Of a stretch of 64,000 nucleotides of DNA, positions 18,510 through 28,817 are shown piece by piece (the stretch's first letter is position 1; each line of letters opens with the position of its first letter). The stretch comes from Candidatus Metalachnospira sp. GTDB lineage: Bacteria > Bacillota > Clostridia > Lachnospirales > Anaerotignaceae. The position numbers and the translations under genes were made by a program. The DNA lies in contig JAXGOV010000010.1 in NCBI GenBank assembly GCA_040767305.1, positions 7,808-71,807 on the forward strand. Direction: 5' to 3'. The notes beneath the pieces were generated by a model. The model worked only from the letters and a program-made list of their open reading frames with translations. It was not told where the DNA came from and made no database searches.

Positions 18510-20132
18510 ATGATTAATGCAAATGATGTGTCTCTGCAGTATGGCGGCAGAGTTTTGTTTAAAGATGTTAATGTAACATTTTCAAAAGGCAACTGTTATG
18601 GACTTATTGGTGCAAACGGCGCAGGAAAATCAACATTCCTTAAAATCCTTTCAGGTGATATTGAACCAAACACCGGCTCGGTATCAATTACACCCGGCGA
18701 AAGAATGGCAGTTCTCAAACAGGACCATTTCATGTTTGATGATTTTGATGTTATTAAATGTGTACTTTACGGTCATAAGCGCCTTTTTGAAATTATGGAG
18801 GAAAAGGAAGCGTTGTATTCAAAGCCGGATTTCAGTGATGAGGACGGCATAAAGGTTTCCGAGCTTGAGGGAGAGTTTGCAGAGCTTGACGGCTGGAGTG
18901 CAGAGTCAAATGCAGAAATTCTCTTAAACGGGCTTGGCATTACAAACGAATTTCATTATGTAAAAATGAAGGAGCTTTCAGGAAATCAGAAGGTTAAGGT
19001 ATTGCTTGCACAGGCATTGTTCGGCAATCCGGATATTCTTCTTTTGGATGAGCCTACAAACCACTTGGATTTGGCATCTATTAACTGGCTTGAGGATTTT
19101 CTTCTTGATTTTGAAAATACAGTTATTGTAGTATCTCATGACCGTCATTTCCTCAATAAGGTATGTACTCATACTGCGGATATTGACTACGGCAAAATTA
19201 CTATGTACGTTGGAAACTATGATTTCTGGTATGAATATACACAGATGGTTGACCGCCAGATTAAAGATCAGAATAAGCGTTCTGAACAGAAGATAAAAGA
19301 ACTCACTGAATTTATTCAGAGATTCAGTGCCAATGCTTCAAAATCAAAACAGGCTACTTCAAGAAAGAAGCTTCTTGATAACCTTCAGATGGAGGATACA
19401 CTGCGTATTTCTTCAAGACGTTATCCTTTCTGTAACTTTAAGCAGGACAGAGAAGTAGGTAATGACGTTCTTGAGGTTAAAAATATTTCTAAGACAATAA
19501 ACGGCAGAAAGGTGCTTAATGACGTAAGCTTCATAGTAATGCCTAATGATAAGATCGCATTTGTCGGTGCAGACGAAATAGCGAGAACGGCTCTTTTTCA
19601 GATATTATGCGGAGAAATGGAGCCCGATGAGGGAAGCTATAAATGGGGTGTAACAACAAGCATATCATATTTCCCTAAGGACAATTCAAAGTATTTTGAT
19701 GATTGCAAGGAGTCCCTTGTTGAATGGCTCAGACCGTACGCAAAAGATGGCGAGAGATATGATTCGGACATAAGAGGCTGGCTTGGAAGAATGCTTTTCA
19801 GCGGTGAGGAATCACTTAAGCCTGCCAATGTGCTTTCAGGCGGCGAGAAGGTTAGATGTATGCTCTGTAAAATGATGATTTCAGGCGCAAATGTACTTAT
19901 ACTTGATGAGCCGACAAACCACCTTGATTTGGAGAGTATTCAGGCACTTAATAACGGACTTGTTGATTACAAGGGAACACTTCTTTTTGACTCACATGAC
20001 CACCAGTTTGTACAGACTATTGCAAACAGAATAATTGAGATCCTTCCCGGCGGTATTATCGACAGGCGAGAAGCTTATGACGAATATATCCAAAACGAAG
20101 GACTTGAGGAAATCAGAGCAAAATTATCCTAA
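18510..20132 (+). CDS. ABC-F family ATP-binding protein (YkpA/YbiT type)
   Basis: Two ABC domains without TMs: GANGAGKST, LLLDEPTNHLD twice, VSHDRHFL and linker SKSKQATSRK. Confidence 0.92.
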   Translation: MINANDVSLQYGGRVLFKDVNVTFSKGNCYGLIGANGAGKSTFLKILSGDIEPNTGSVSITPGERMAVLKQDHFMFDDFDVIKCVLYGHKRLFEIMEEKEALYSKPDFSDEDGIKVSELEGEFAELDGWSAESNAEILLNGLGITNEFHYVKMKELSGNQKVKVLLAQALFGNPDILLLDEPTNHLDLASINWLEDFLLDFENTVIVVSHDRHFLNKVCTHTADIDYGKITMYVGNYDFWYEYTQMVDRQIKDQNKRSEQKIKELTEFIQRFSANASKSKQATSRKKLLDNLQMEDTLRISSRRYPFCNFKQDREVGNDVLEVKNISKTINGRKVLNDVSFIVMPNDKIAFVGADEIARTALFQILCGEMEPDEGSYKWGVTTSISYFPKDNSKYFDDCKESLVEWLRPYAKDGERYDSDIRGWLGRMLFSGEESLKPANVLSGGEKVRCMLCKMMISGANVLILDEPTNHLDLESIQALNNGLVDYKGTLLFDSHDHQFVQTIANRIIEILPGGIIDRREAYDEYIQNEGLEEIRAKLS

Positions 20133-20186
20133 GAAGTTTATACGTTAAGTATCCGAAACCAAGTTAGTTTGGAGTAAGGTGAGAAT

Positions 20187-20882
20187 ATGAAAATAACAGT
20201 GATAAACGGTACTGAAGTCAAGGGTTGTACGTATCATATAAAAGAAATATTTTTAGAAGAACTGCGTTCGGTCAATGAGGTTAAAGAGTTTTACTTGCCT
20301 AGAGATTTGCCGCAGTTTTGCAGTGGCTGTAAAAAATGCTTTATTAATAATGAGCATCTTTGTCCGCATGCAAAGTATGTTGATAAAATATGGACTTCTA
20401 TGCTGGAATCTGATTTGCTCGTATTTACTTCACCTGTGTATGCTTTAAGAACAACTGCACAGATGAAATCCTTGCTTGACCATTTATGTGTTCACTGGAT
20501 GGTACACAGACCGGATGAAAGTATGTTTCAAAAAAAGGCTGTTATTTTGACCAACGCAGTCGGTATATTTAACGGCGGTGCTCAAAAAGATATTGCCACC
20601 AGTTTGATGTGGCTGGGCATTTCCGATATTAAAAAGCTTAAATTTGCTTTAAAGGAGAGCGTTTTCTGGAATGAACTGTCAGATAATCGCCGAAATATGA
20701 TAATCAGAAAAACTATAAGGAAAGCAAAAAAATATAGAAAAAATTATGCTGTACATATGGGAATAAAAGTAAGATTGCTTTTCGATTTTTGTAAAAAGAT
20801 GCATCAGTCAATAGTAAAAAAAGAACGAGTTTTGTCCGCTGATAACCAGTATTGGGTTGTTAAAGGCTGGATAAAGGAATGA
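20187..20882 (+). CDS. Flavodoxin-like NAD(P)H-dependent FMN reductase / iron-sulfur flavoprotein family
   Basis: ITVING, CSGCKKC-x7-C and SPVY...AQMKSLLD. Confidence 0.8.
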   Translation: MKITVINGTEVKGCTYHIKEIFLEELRSVNEVKEFYLPRDLPQFCSGCKKCFINNEHLCPHAKYVDKIWTSMLESDLLVFTSPVYALRTTAQMKSLLDHLCVHWMVHRPDESMFQKKAVILTNAVGIFNGGAQKDIATSLMWLGISDIKKLKFALKESVFWNELSDNRRNMIIRKTIRKAKKYRKNYAVHMGIKVRLLFDFCKKMHQSIVKKERVLSADNQYWVVKGWIKE

Positions 20883-20886
20883 ATTA

Positions 20887-20928
20887 AAAACACCTCAGCT
20901 TTCAGTTTCTTGAAAGAGGGGTGTTTTT
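20887..20928 (+). terminator. Intrinsic terminator
   Basis: AAAACACCTC / GGGGTGTTTT stem after the stop codon. Confidence 0.6.
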
Positions 20929-20953
20929 CTATGAATTCATAAGCAATACTTGA

Positions 20954-20982
20954 TTGAAAATGGGAATAAACAATTATATAAT
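20954..20982 (+). promoter_or_regulatory. SigA promoter of the acpS operon
   Basis: TTGAAA-N17-TATAAT. Confidence 0.65.
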
Positions 20983-21004
20983 ATTATAAAACGGCGGTGA
21001 TATT

Positions 21005-21379
21005 ATGATTAAAGGAATTGGAACGGATATAATAGAAATACGAAGACTGAACACATTGGTTGACAATATTAAATTTATGACAACTTATTATACTGAAAAA
21101 GAAAATAAATATCTTTTTGAGCAGTCAAACAGAGCGGAATCGGCTGCTGCGATGTTTGCGGCAAAGGAGTCTGTTTCAAAGGCTATCGGGACAGGCTTTG
21201 TTGGATTTTCTCCGAAAGATATAGAAGTAACGCATGATAAAAAAGGCAAACCGGAAATAACACTTTTGGGAAAAGCAGACATAATTGCAAAAAGACACGG
21301 CATTAATAAAATACATGTGTCGCTGTCCCATTGCAGAGAATATGCAACTGCGTATGTTTTGGCAGAGGGAGATGAATAA
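21005..21379 (+). CDS. acpS: Holo-ACP synthase
   Basis: GIGTDIIEI.R, FAAKES.SKA.GTG, GKP and VSLSH. Confidence 0.95.
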   Translation: MIKGIGTDIIEIRRLNTLVDNIKFMTTYYTEKENKYLFEQSNRAESAAAMFAAKESVSKAIGTGFVGFSPKDIEVTHDKKGKPEITLLGKADIIAKRHGINKIHVSLSHCREYATAYVLAEGDE

Positions 21380-21382
21380 AAG

Positions 21383-22917
21383 ATGAAAGCTGTTACAGCA
21401 GGAGAGATGAGAGCAATTGACAAGGCAACAGGAGAAGTAATCGGCATACCGTCTATTGTATTAATGGAAAATGCGGCAAGAGAAGTCGCAAGAGTATGTA
21501 TTGAAGAAATGAAAGATATTTCTTCACCCAAAGTGCTTATATTTGCCGGCCGAGGTAATAACGGCGGCGACGGCTTTGCTCTTGCCAGACTGCTTAATGA
21601 CAGAAACATCGAATGCAAACTGGTTTTTCTCTTTGAAAAAGATAAGCTGACCGAAGATGCCGGAATTAACTACAATGCGGCTGTGAACAGCGGAATATAT
21701 ATTATTACCGATATTACGGAAGCTGTTATCGAAACGGTGAGAGCAGACGTTGTTGTTGATGCGGTATTCGGAACAGGCTTGTCAAGAGAAATAAGCGGAA
21801 TTTATATTGATATAATTAATTTAATTAATTCATACTCCAAAAAGGTTATCAGTGTTGACATTCCTTCCGGCGTTAATTCTGATGACGGAAGAATAATGGG
21901 CATAGCAGTTAAAGCAGATGTAACCGTTACATTTGCTTTGCCAAAAATCGGCATGTCCGCTTTATCCGGGTGCCTCGTTCTGCGGAAGAATAGAAATTGC
22001 GAACATATCAATTCAGCAGTCAACGATTGACGATATGGATATACAGACAGGATTTCTTGACAGAAAAGATATTTTGAATCTGTCCGCCCGAAAGGGAAAA
22101 GAGAACCAATAAGGGCAGTTTTGGCAGACTTTATGTAATAGCCGGTTCAAAAGATATGACAGGTGCAGTTGCGCTTTGCTGTAAAGGGGCTTTTCGTGCA
22201 GGCGCCGGACTTGTATATGCGTGTACGGTGCAAAGCGGAATAAGTGTTGTTCAGCAGCTTGTGCCGGAGGCTGTTGTTATGCCGCTTACTGAGTTCAACG
22301 GCAAGGTCAGATATGAATGCTATGTTGAGGATATAGAGCCGAAAATAGGGAACGCATCAGCTATTGCTGTTGGTCCCGGTCTTGGCATGAGTGAAGAAGT
22401 AACCGAGTTTGTTATGAAGCTTATAACTGAGGTTGATAAACCGTTAATAATAGATGCGGACGGACTTAATGCAATAGCTAAAAACCCGTCTGTGCTTTTA
22501 AAGCTTAAGAAAACGCCGATAATTACTCCTCACCCCGGGGAAATGAGCAGGCTGACTGGTATACCCATACCGGAAATATTGGAGAATACTGTTTCTGTTG
22601 CAAGAAATTTTGCAAAGCAGTATAATAGCGTTGTTGTCCTAAAAGACGCCAGAAGTATAATAGCGTCACCAAGCGGACGAGTAGTAATTAATGTAACCGG
22701 TAACCCGTCAATGGCTACCGGAGGCTCAGGCGATGTTCTTACAGGTGTAATAGCTTCGCTTTCAGCTCAGGGCTTGGAACCATTCTATGCCGCAGTTGTG
22801 GGAACCTATATTCATGGACTCAGCGGCGATATATGCAATGAGAAACTCGGTTCATACGGCGTTATGGCTTGGGACATTGCAGAAAATATTGCTAATGCTG
22901 TTAAGTGCTTTAGATAG
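21383..22917 (+). CDS. nnr: Bifunctional NAD(P)HX epimerase/dehydratase (indels at about 21950-22110)
   Basis: YjeF_N motifs LMENA, GNNGGDG, DAVFGTG, DIPSG, then carbohydrate-kinase motifs GPGLG, DADG, TPHPGE and ATGGSGDVL. Confidence 0.88.
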
Positions 22918-22977
22918 GCATTTTATTTGACCGTAGTAAGTATATATAAAATATAAAAAAATATTGAGGTTTATATT

Positions 22978-23613
22978 ATGCTTACTGTAATTAAAAGGGT
23001 CACTTGTGCCGCAGCTGCCGTGGCTTTCTGTATTATTATGGCAGGATGCGGTAAAACTGAAATGACTGCAATGGAGAAGGTTCAGAAACAGCTCACTGAG
23101 ATGGAGGGCTACAAAAGCGACGCAACAATCAAGAGAACGTCAAACAAGGGTGAAATGACATACGAAACTGTTCAGTACAATAAAATGACAGGTGAATATC
23201 GTCTTGAAATTACGGGCCCTGAATCTATGGCAGGAAATTATACTGTTTATGACGGTACTAACGTAAGTCAGTATAATGCAAAGACAAATGAAACAGTTAC
23301 TCTTGATGTACCTGAAGGGCAGAAGGGAAGTCAGCTGTTTTTATGTACATTTGTGAAGAATTATTTACAGTCTGAAGATGTATCGGTTGATACGGCAGCA
23401 ACTTTGGACGACAGCAAATGTACAATTTTGGAAGCAGTAATTCCTGACGGCAATAAGTACATAGCTACTGAGAAACTTTGGGTAGACAATGAAACTCTTA
23501 TACCGCTTAAGCTTGTAATTTATGATGAAAACGGCGGCGAGAGATACGTAATAACATATAATAATTTTGAGTACAACCCGAAAATGGATGATACTGTTTT
23601 CACGGTTCAATAG
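22978..23613 (+). CDS. LolA-like lipoprotein (GerS/YdcC-related)
   Basis: Lipobox MAGC; YRLEI..P, LWVD.ET..P and YNP motifs; conserved acpS-(gerS/ydcC)-alr position. Confidence 0.7.
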   Translation: MLTVIKRVTCAAAAVAFCIIMAGCGKTEMTAMEKVQKQLTEMEGYKSDATIKRTSNKGEMTYETVQYNKMTGEYRLEITGPESMAGNYTVYDGTNVSQYNAKTNETVTLDVPEGQKGSQLFLCTFVKNYLQSEDVSVDTAATLDDSKCTILEAVIPDGNKYIATEKLWVDNETLIPLKLVIYDENGGERYVITYNNFEYNPKMDDTVFTVQ

Positions 23614-23627
23614 CGGAGGCAAATGAA

Positions 23628-24788
23628 ATGACAGATGAGGAAAGAGTTCTGGCACTTGTGGACTTGGATGCATTGGAATATAACATCAAGAGCATAAGAA
23701 ACAGAACAAAGAAGGGCACTGGAATTATAGGAATTATAAAGGCTGATGCCTATGGGCACGGTTCTGTGGAAACAGCCGAGGTGATTCTTAAAAACGGAGC
23801 AGACTGGCTTGCAGTTGCAGTTGTTGACGAAGGCATAAACCTTCGCAGAAACGGAATTGAGGCACCTATTCTGCTTTTGGGATATACTCCGCATCTTAGA
23901 CTGGATGATGTAATCAACTACGGCTTTATTCAGACAGTTTATTCCTATGAAGCTGCAGAAAATCTTTCTCAGGCTGCTGTCAGACTTAATAAAACTGCAG
24001 TAATACATATAAAAATTGATACCGGAATGGGACGAATCGGGTATAGAGTAAACGAGGAATCCGCAGACGAAATTTTAAAAATATCAAAGCTTCCCGGTAT
24101 AGAGGTAAACGGAATGTTTACTCATTTTGCTGCTGCCGATGAAGCAGACAAAGAGTATACCAATATGCAGTATGATAAATTTATTAATATGAACGAAATG
24201 CTTAAAAAAAGAGGCCTTGATATTCCGGTGAAACATGCATCAAACAGTGCGGCCATAATGGATTTTGATAATATGATGCTTAATATGGTCCGTCCCGGCA
24301 TAATACTTTATGGTGCATATCCCTCAGATGAAGTAATAAAAGAAAATCTGGATATTAAACCGGTAATGTCAATTAAAACTCATGTGAGTTTTGTTAAAAC
24401 GATTGAAGAAGGCGACTGTGTAAGCTATGGCAGAACATACAAAGCCCCTTGCAGACGCATAATAGCAACAATCCCCGTTGGCTATGCGGATGGCTTTATT
24501 AGAGCATATGCAAAGGAAGGAAAAGTCCTAATAAAGGGCAAATATGCACCAATTGTCGGAAGAATATGCATGGATCAGTTTATGGTTGATGTCACTGACA
24601 TTGATGGTGTTGCAATAAATGATGAGGTTGTGCTTATGGGAAAACAGGGCAATAATGAAATAACCTCTGACGATATTGCAAAGGCTTTAAACACTATAAA
24701 TTATGAGGTCTACTGTACACTTAGCAAGCGTGTTCCAAGGCAATATCTGAGAAACGGCGAAGTCGTAAAAACGGTAAGATATGTATAA
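23628..24788 (+). CDS. alr: Alanine racemase
   Basis: IKADAYGHG, HIKIDTGMGRIG, VRPGIILYG, VSYG, GYADG and GRICMDQ. Confidence 0.96.
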   Translation: MTDEERVLALVDLDALEYNIKSIRNRTKKGTGIIGIIKADAYGHGSVETAEVILKNGADWLAVAVVDEGINLRRNGIEAPILLLGYTPHLRLDDVINYGFIQTVYSYEAAENLSQAAVRLNKTAVIHIKIDTGMGRIGYRVNEESADEILKISKLPGIEVNGMFTHFAAADEADKEYTNMQYDKFINMNEMLKKRGLDIPVKHASNSAAIMDFDNMMLNMVRPGIILYGAYPSDEVIKENLDIKPVMSIKTHVSFVKTIEEGDCVSYGRTYKAPCRRIIATIPVGYADGFIRAYAKEGKVLIKGKYAPIVGRICMDQFMVDVTDIDGVAINDEVVLMGKQGNNEITSDDIAKALNTINYEVYCTLSKRVPRQYLRNGEVVKTVRYV

Positions 24789-24794
24789 TAATTT

Positions 24795-24903
24795 TTCCGC
24801 AAGGCAATAATATCTGCAGAAATAGTTGAAATGCAGGTACATAAGCTTGACTTAACGTGTGTTAACTACATACCGCTCAACTATTTTTAATTTACAAGCG
24901 GAG
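24795..24903 (+). ncRNA. Candidate structured RNA in the mazF leader with two UACAU sites
   Basis: 12-bp stem 24818-24829/24877-24888, inner helices, TACAT at 24838-24842 and 24867-24871, anti-SD complements. Confidence 0.55.
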
Positions 24904-24913
24904 TGTGAAAAGC

Positions 24914-25264
24914 ATGACAGTCAAACGAGGAGATATTTTTTATGCAGACCTTTCTCCTGTTGTCGGTTCTGAGCAGGGCGGTATCAGACCTGTCATAATA
25001 ATTCAGAATGATATGGGCAACAAATACAGCCCCACAGTAATTTGTGCGGCTATTACATCTCAGATCAATAAGGCAAAATTGCCGACACATATAGAAATAT
25101 CTGCAGAAAAGTATAATCTTATTAAAGATTCGGTTATATTACTTGAACAAATTCGTACCATAGACAAAAAAAGACTGCGTGAAAAAATATGCAGTATTGA
25201 CAGAGATCTGATGCTTGTTGTAAACAGAGCTTTGGCCATAAGTCTTGGTATGATTAATAATTGA
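24914..25264 (+). CDS. mazF: PemK/MazF family endoribonuclease, EndoA type
   Basis: [37 protein letters not shown] and [12 protein letters not shown]. Confidence 0.95.
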   Translation: MTVKRGDIFYADLSPVVGSEQGGIRPVIIIQNDMGNKYSPTVICAAITSQINKAKLPTHIEISAEKYNLIKDSVILLEQIRTIDKKRLREKICSIDRDLMLVVNRALAISLGMINN

Positions 25265-25279
25265 ATTTGCCAATCAACA

Positions 25280-25328
25280 AACAATCCCGACTGTTTTATT
25301 TAGCTCAGTCGGGATTGTTATTTTTTTT
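25280..25328. terminator. Bidirectional terminator
   Basis: AACAATCCCGACTG / CAGTCGGGATTGTT 14-bp stem followed by T run. Confidence 0.85.
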
Positions 25329-25388
25329 AAACACTATATATTTCTTTTTTTATTTCTCATCTGAGTAAAATTTAACTCAAGTCATGCA

Positions 25389-27266
25389 CTAGCTATTAAT
25401 TTTATCATCAAAAATCTTATAATATATCCATTCGCTGTACTTATCTAAAAGTTCTTTTTCGTTTCTTCCAATGTTGGTTGTTAATTCTCCGTTTTGCATC
25501 ATTATAACATTGCCTGCTGCAACAGGTATTGTACTTCTTATTTCGTTTGCATAGCTTATAAACGGCGATATGTTGCCCATATCAATAAGCTGCATTACAG
25601 TGGTACCAAGGAACGATGAGCTTATATCGTGGTTTAACGGCAATTTTATGTTATTAACGTTTTTATCAAAATTTGTTGTTTTTCTTGCAGCTTCGTTTGC
25701 CCAAATGAAATAAGGTGTTTCATATGCCTTAACCTGCTGGTCAATGGTTCCGTTTAGGTCAATGTCATTTCTGAACTGTGAGAAATATGTTGTGCCGTTT
25801 GAAAAGCCCGGAAGATGGTCGCCAAAGAAAACAAAAATTACCGGCTCATCACTGGATTCAAAATACGTTACCAAATCCTCAATCTGAGCATCAGCATCAG
25901 TAATACCCTGGAAATACCCGGAGTATATTGCCTTTTCTGCAGCTGTCAATGGAACATCGGTAGAAAAGTTTGTTGGTAAATCATTATATTTATCTCCGTA
26001 TGGTCCATGGTTTTGAATTGTAACACAAAACTCGAACAACGGTGAATCACTTTCTTCTGTATGCTTTTCAAAATTATCAATTATGCTGTCTGCGGTTGCT
26101 TTATCTGATATATATCCGCCTTTATTCTGTTTAGTAGGGTCAAATGAAGTTTCAAGATATTGAAAATCATCAAAGCCAAGATAATTATATACATTTATTC
26201 TGTTATAAAACCAGCCGTATCCGGGATGTATAGCAAGCGTATCATATCCGATGTTTTCTAAAAGGCTTGGTATAGATTCCAGATTAGAACTCAAAATATT
26301 ATAGGACATTTGCGAACTGTTTATATATCTGGTTGAACAGCCGGTTAAAGCATCAAACTCTGTGTCAGATGTACCTCCGCCAAAGTTTGGTACAACTATA
26401 TGTCCGGACAGTACATCATCTCTTGCTACAAATTCATTGAAAAATGCAAGCGGGTCTTCGTAGCCATCAAAGCTTATTTTGTCAGAATTGCTTATATCCG
26501 AAAAAGCTTCACTCATAACCATAACAATATTCGGCTTGGGTGTATCATCAAATTCAGAATAGTCAACATCTTTATCTATGCTGTCAAACTCTGAAGCATT
26601 ATAGCCGTCAGGCTTTACAACTTTAAGATTATTGATGTCATATATAAAACTATATAAAAAACCTTTGGATATGTATTGATTTACCTTGAAATATATGTTA
26701 CCGTCAACTTGAAAGCTTCCATATAAATCTGAGCTTTTATATGCAGCTGAGAATAATACTGCTGAAACCGCAATGCATATAACTGCTCCTATAATTCGGA
26801 TTTTTGCTGTTAAAGCCTTATGGCTGCCAAAGAAAATCAGAGATAAAATAAATACAATTACAGCTAATATAACAACAGTAATTCCTATTCTTACATAAAG
26901 GGGATTGAATTTTTCTACTATTGATTTAACTTCTCCGAAAACCAAAAGATCGCTTGGAACGATTGGGTCCTGACGCATTTCTATTTTAATTCTGTTGGCA
27001 TAGGAAAATGCTGCAAAGAATGCTGTCGGTAAAATGGAAGAAAAAATGCTGTTTCCGGTTATAAAAAACAGTAGCAGCATAGTTAAAACTATGGGTATGT
27101 AATTAAGAAGAAACAATGCCGGTTCCTTTGAACAAAACGATAAAAACATTTTCATTGAACCCGGCGAGATATAAAACATAAAACTTGTAGTAAAAAGAGA
27201 AAATAGAAATATAATTAGCAAAGATACTTTTATTTTAGGTCGTATTTTTTTAAATTTAGTGTTCAT
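25389..27266 (-). CDS. LTA synthase (LtaS) / phosphoglycerol transferase family membrane protein
   Basis: N-terminal TMs; SEAF, GGTSDTEF (catalytic Thr), HP..GWFYNR, QNHGPY and FGDH. Confidence 0.88.
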   Translation of the reverse strand: MNTKFKKIRPKIKVSLLIIFLFSLFTTSFMFYISPGSMKMFLSFCSKEPALFLLNYIPIVLTMLLLFFITGNSIFSSILPTAFFAAFSYANRIKIEMRQDPIVPSDLLVFGEVKSIVEKFNPLYVRIGITVVILAVIVFILSLIFFGSHKALTAKIRIIGAVICIAVSAVLFSAAYKSSDLYGSFQVDGNIYFKVNQYISKGFLYSFIYDINNLKVVKPDGYNASEFDSIDKDVDYSEFDDTPKPNIVMVMSEAFSDISNSDKISFDGYEDPLAFFNEFVARDDVLSGHIVVPNFGGGTSDTEFDALTGCSTRYINSSQMSYNILSSNLESIPSLLENIGYDTLAIHPGYGWFYNRINVYNYLGFDDFQYLETSFDPTKQNKGGYISDKATADSIIDNFEKHTEESDSPLFEFCVTIQNHGPYGDKYNDLPTNFSTDVPLTAAEKAIYSGYFQGITDADAQIEDLVTYFESSDEPVIFVFFGDHLPGFSNGTTYFSQFRNDIDLNGTIDQQVKAYETPYFIWANEAARKTTNFDKNVNNIKLPLNHDISSSFLGTTVMQLIDMGNISPFISYANEIRSTIPVAAGNVIMMQNGELTTNIGRNEKELLDKYSEWIYYKIFDDKINS

Positions 27267-27403
27267 TAAAATTGCCTCCGTAAAAAATCTTTACTAATAT
27301 TATACCTTTTGTACCAAATATGCAATTAAAATTAAATATTTGCAAATAAAAGACAATACTTTTTAAGTATTCCTTAAATAATTAAGTTATAATTACAAAT
27401 TTA

Positions 27404-27432
27404 TTGTAAATGTGATAAAATTTTGGTATAAT
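27404..27432 (+). promoter_or_regulatory. SigA promoter of the LCP operon
   Basis: TTGTAA-N17-TATAAT with extended -10 TG. Confidence 0.6.
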
Positions 27433-27490
27433 AACTTAGTTAAAAATCCAGTCGATAAAAGTTTTAATGTATTATACAGGGAGATATAAA

Positions 27491-28804
27491 GTGAGCGCAA
27501 AAAAAAATAACAGATATAGAGATGAACACAGAAGAGGTAGATTAATAGGTAGATTTTTTTTGACTGTCACGCTGATTGTTTTTGTATTTTCAGCAGTATT
27601 TGTTTTGGCAGCTACGGCATATAAGTCTAATGCCGATAAGAAGGCAGCGCTTAACGGTGATGGCAGCGATCAGTCGGATTTAAATCAGACTGTTGCGGAT
27701 TCAAAAATAAATATAGCTGTTCTTGGTCTTGATGAAGACGGAATTCATTCTGATGTTGTTTTTGTTGTTTCTTTTGATACAGCCACAGGCGAAACCAATC
27801 TTATATCAGTTCCTCGTGATACACAGGTTTTTATGCCGGACAGCATGATGCTTGATATGAAAAATGATGACAGAGGAGAATACATTCCGACTAAATACGG
27901 AGTTACAGGCGAATGTAAGCTTACAGAGGTATATGCTTATGCAGGCAGTAAGAATAACGAATATCTCGTAACTATACTTGAAGATCTTCTTAATGTTGAT
28001 ATAGACCATTATGTTGCAATTAATCTTGATGCATTTAAAGAAATAGTGGACAGTGTCGGCGGAGTTGACATGTATGTACCACAGGATATGTATTGGGATA
28101 TGCGTGATACGGGAGGCATTTTGATAGACCTTAAACAGGGGCAGCAGCATCTTGACGGTGAACAGGCAGAAGAACTGGTAAGGTTCAGAAAAGGTTATGC
28201 ACAGCAGGATATAGACAGAATAGGCGTTCAGCATGATTTTATTCTTGCATTGTTTAATAAGATATTTGACTCGGAAAACGTGCTCAGCGATCTTACAAGC
28301 GTTGTGAATACAGTATATAAATATGTAGATACGGATATTTCTCTTGCGGATTGTTTAAGCTATCTTAAATATGTTTCTCTTATAGATACTGAAAATATAA
28401 CAATGGAAACTATTCCGGGTGAGGCGGAAAACCTGTTTATACCGGATAAGGAAGGAATAGCAAAATTATCTGATAAAGTGTTCAGGGGAATTGAACCTGA
28501 TATCAGCGAAAACACTGAATCTATTAAAGACAGCAAACATTATACAATCGAAGTTGCTAACGGTGGTTTTAAGGATGGCTATGCTACCCAGACTCAGGCA
28601 CGTCTCAATCAATTAGGATATAATGTTACTGAGGTTTCTTCTTGGAGTGGAGTTAAGAATGAAAATACAATTATTTATGTAAAAGAAGAAGGAATCGGCG
28701 ATGATTTGGTTGGTTTATTCTCAACTGCGGAAATAGTTGTTGACGCATCTGTTATAGACGACGGCACAGATATAAAAATAGTTACTGGTATTAACGAGAT
28801 TTGA
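27491..28804 (+). CDS. LCP (LytR-CpsA-Psr) family protein with LytR_C domain
   Basis: TM; LGLD, SVPRDT, VDSVGGV, G.QHLDG and VRFRK; C-terminal IEVANG...G.A domain. Confidence 0.9.
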   Translation: MSAKKNNRYRDEHRRGRLIGRFFLTVTLIVFVFSAVFVLAATAYKSNADKKAALNGDGSDQSDLNQTVADSKINIAVLGLDEDGIHSDVVFVVSFDTATGETNLISVPRDTQVFMPDSMMLDMKNDDRGEYIPTKYGVTGECKLTEVYAYAGSKNNEYLVTILEDLLNVDIDHYVAINLDAFKEIVDSVGGVDMYVPQDMYWDMRDTGGILIDLKQGQQHLDGEQAEELVRFRKGYAQQDIDRIGVQHDFILALFNKIFDSENVLSDLTSVVNTVYKYVDTDISLADCLSYLKYVSLIDTENITMETIPGEAENLFIPDKEGIAKLSDKVFRGIEPDISENTESIKDSKHYTIEVANGGFKDGYATQTQARLNQLGYNVTEVSSWSGVKNENTIIYVKEEGIGDDLVGLFSTAEIVVDASVIDDGTDIKIVTGINEI

Positions 28805-28817
28805 TTGGAGAAATATA

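Noticed and set aside
24831-24890. 19-codon ORF ([19 protein letters not shown]) as a mini antitoxin
   Set aside because: No recognisable RBS and no similarity to MazE/NdoAI; RNA structure explains the region better, although translation is not excluded
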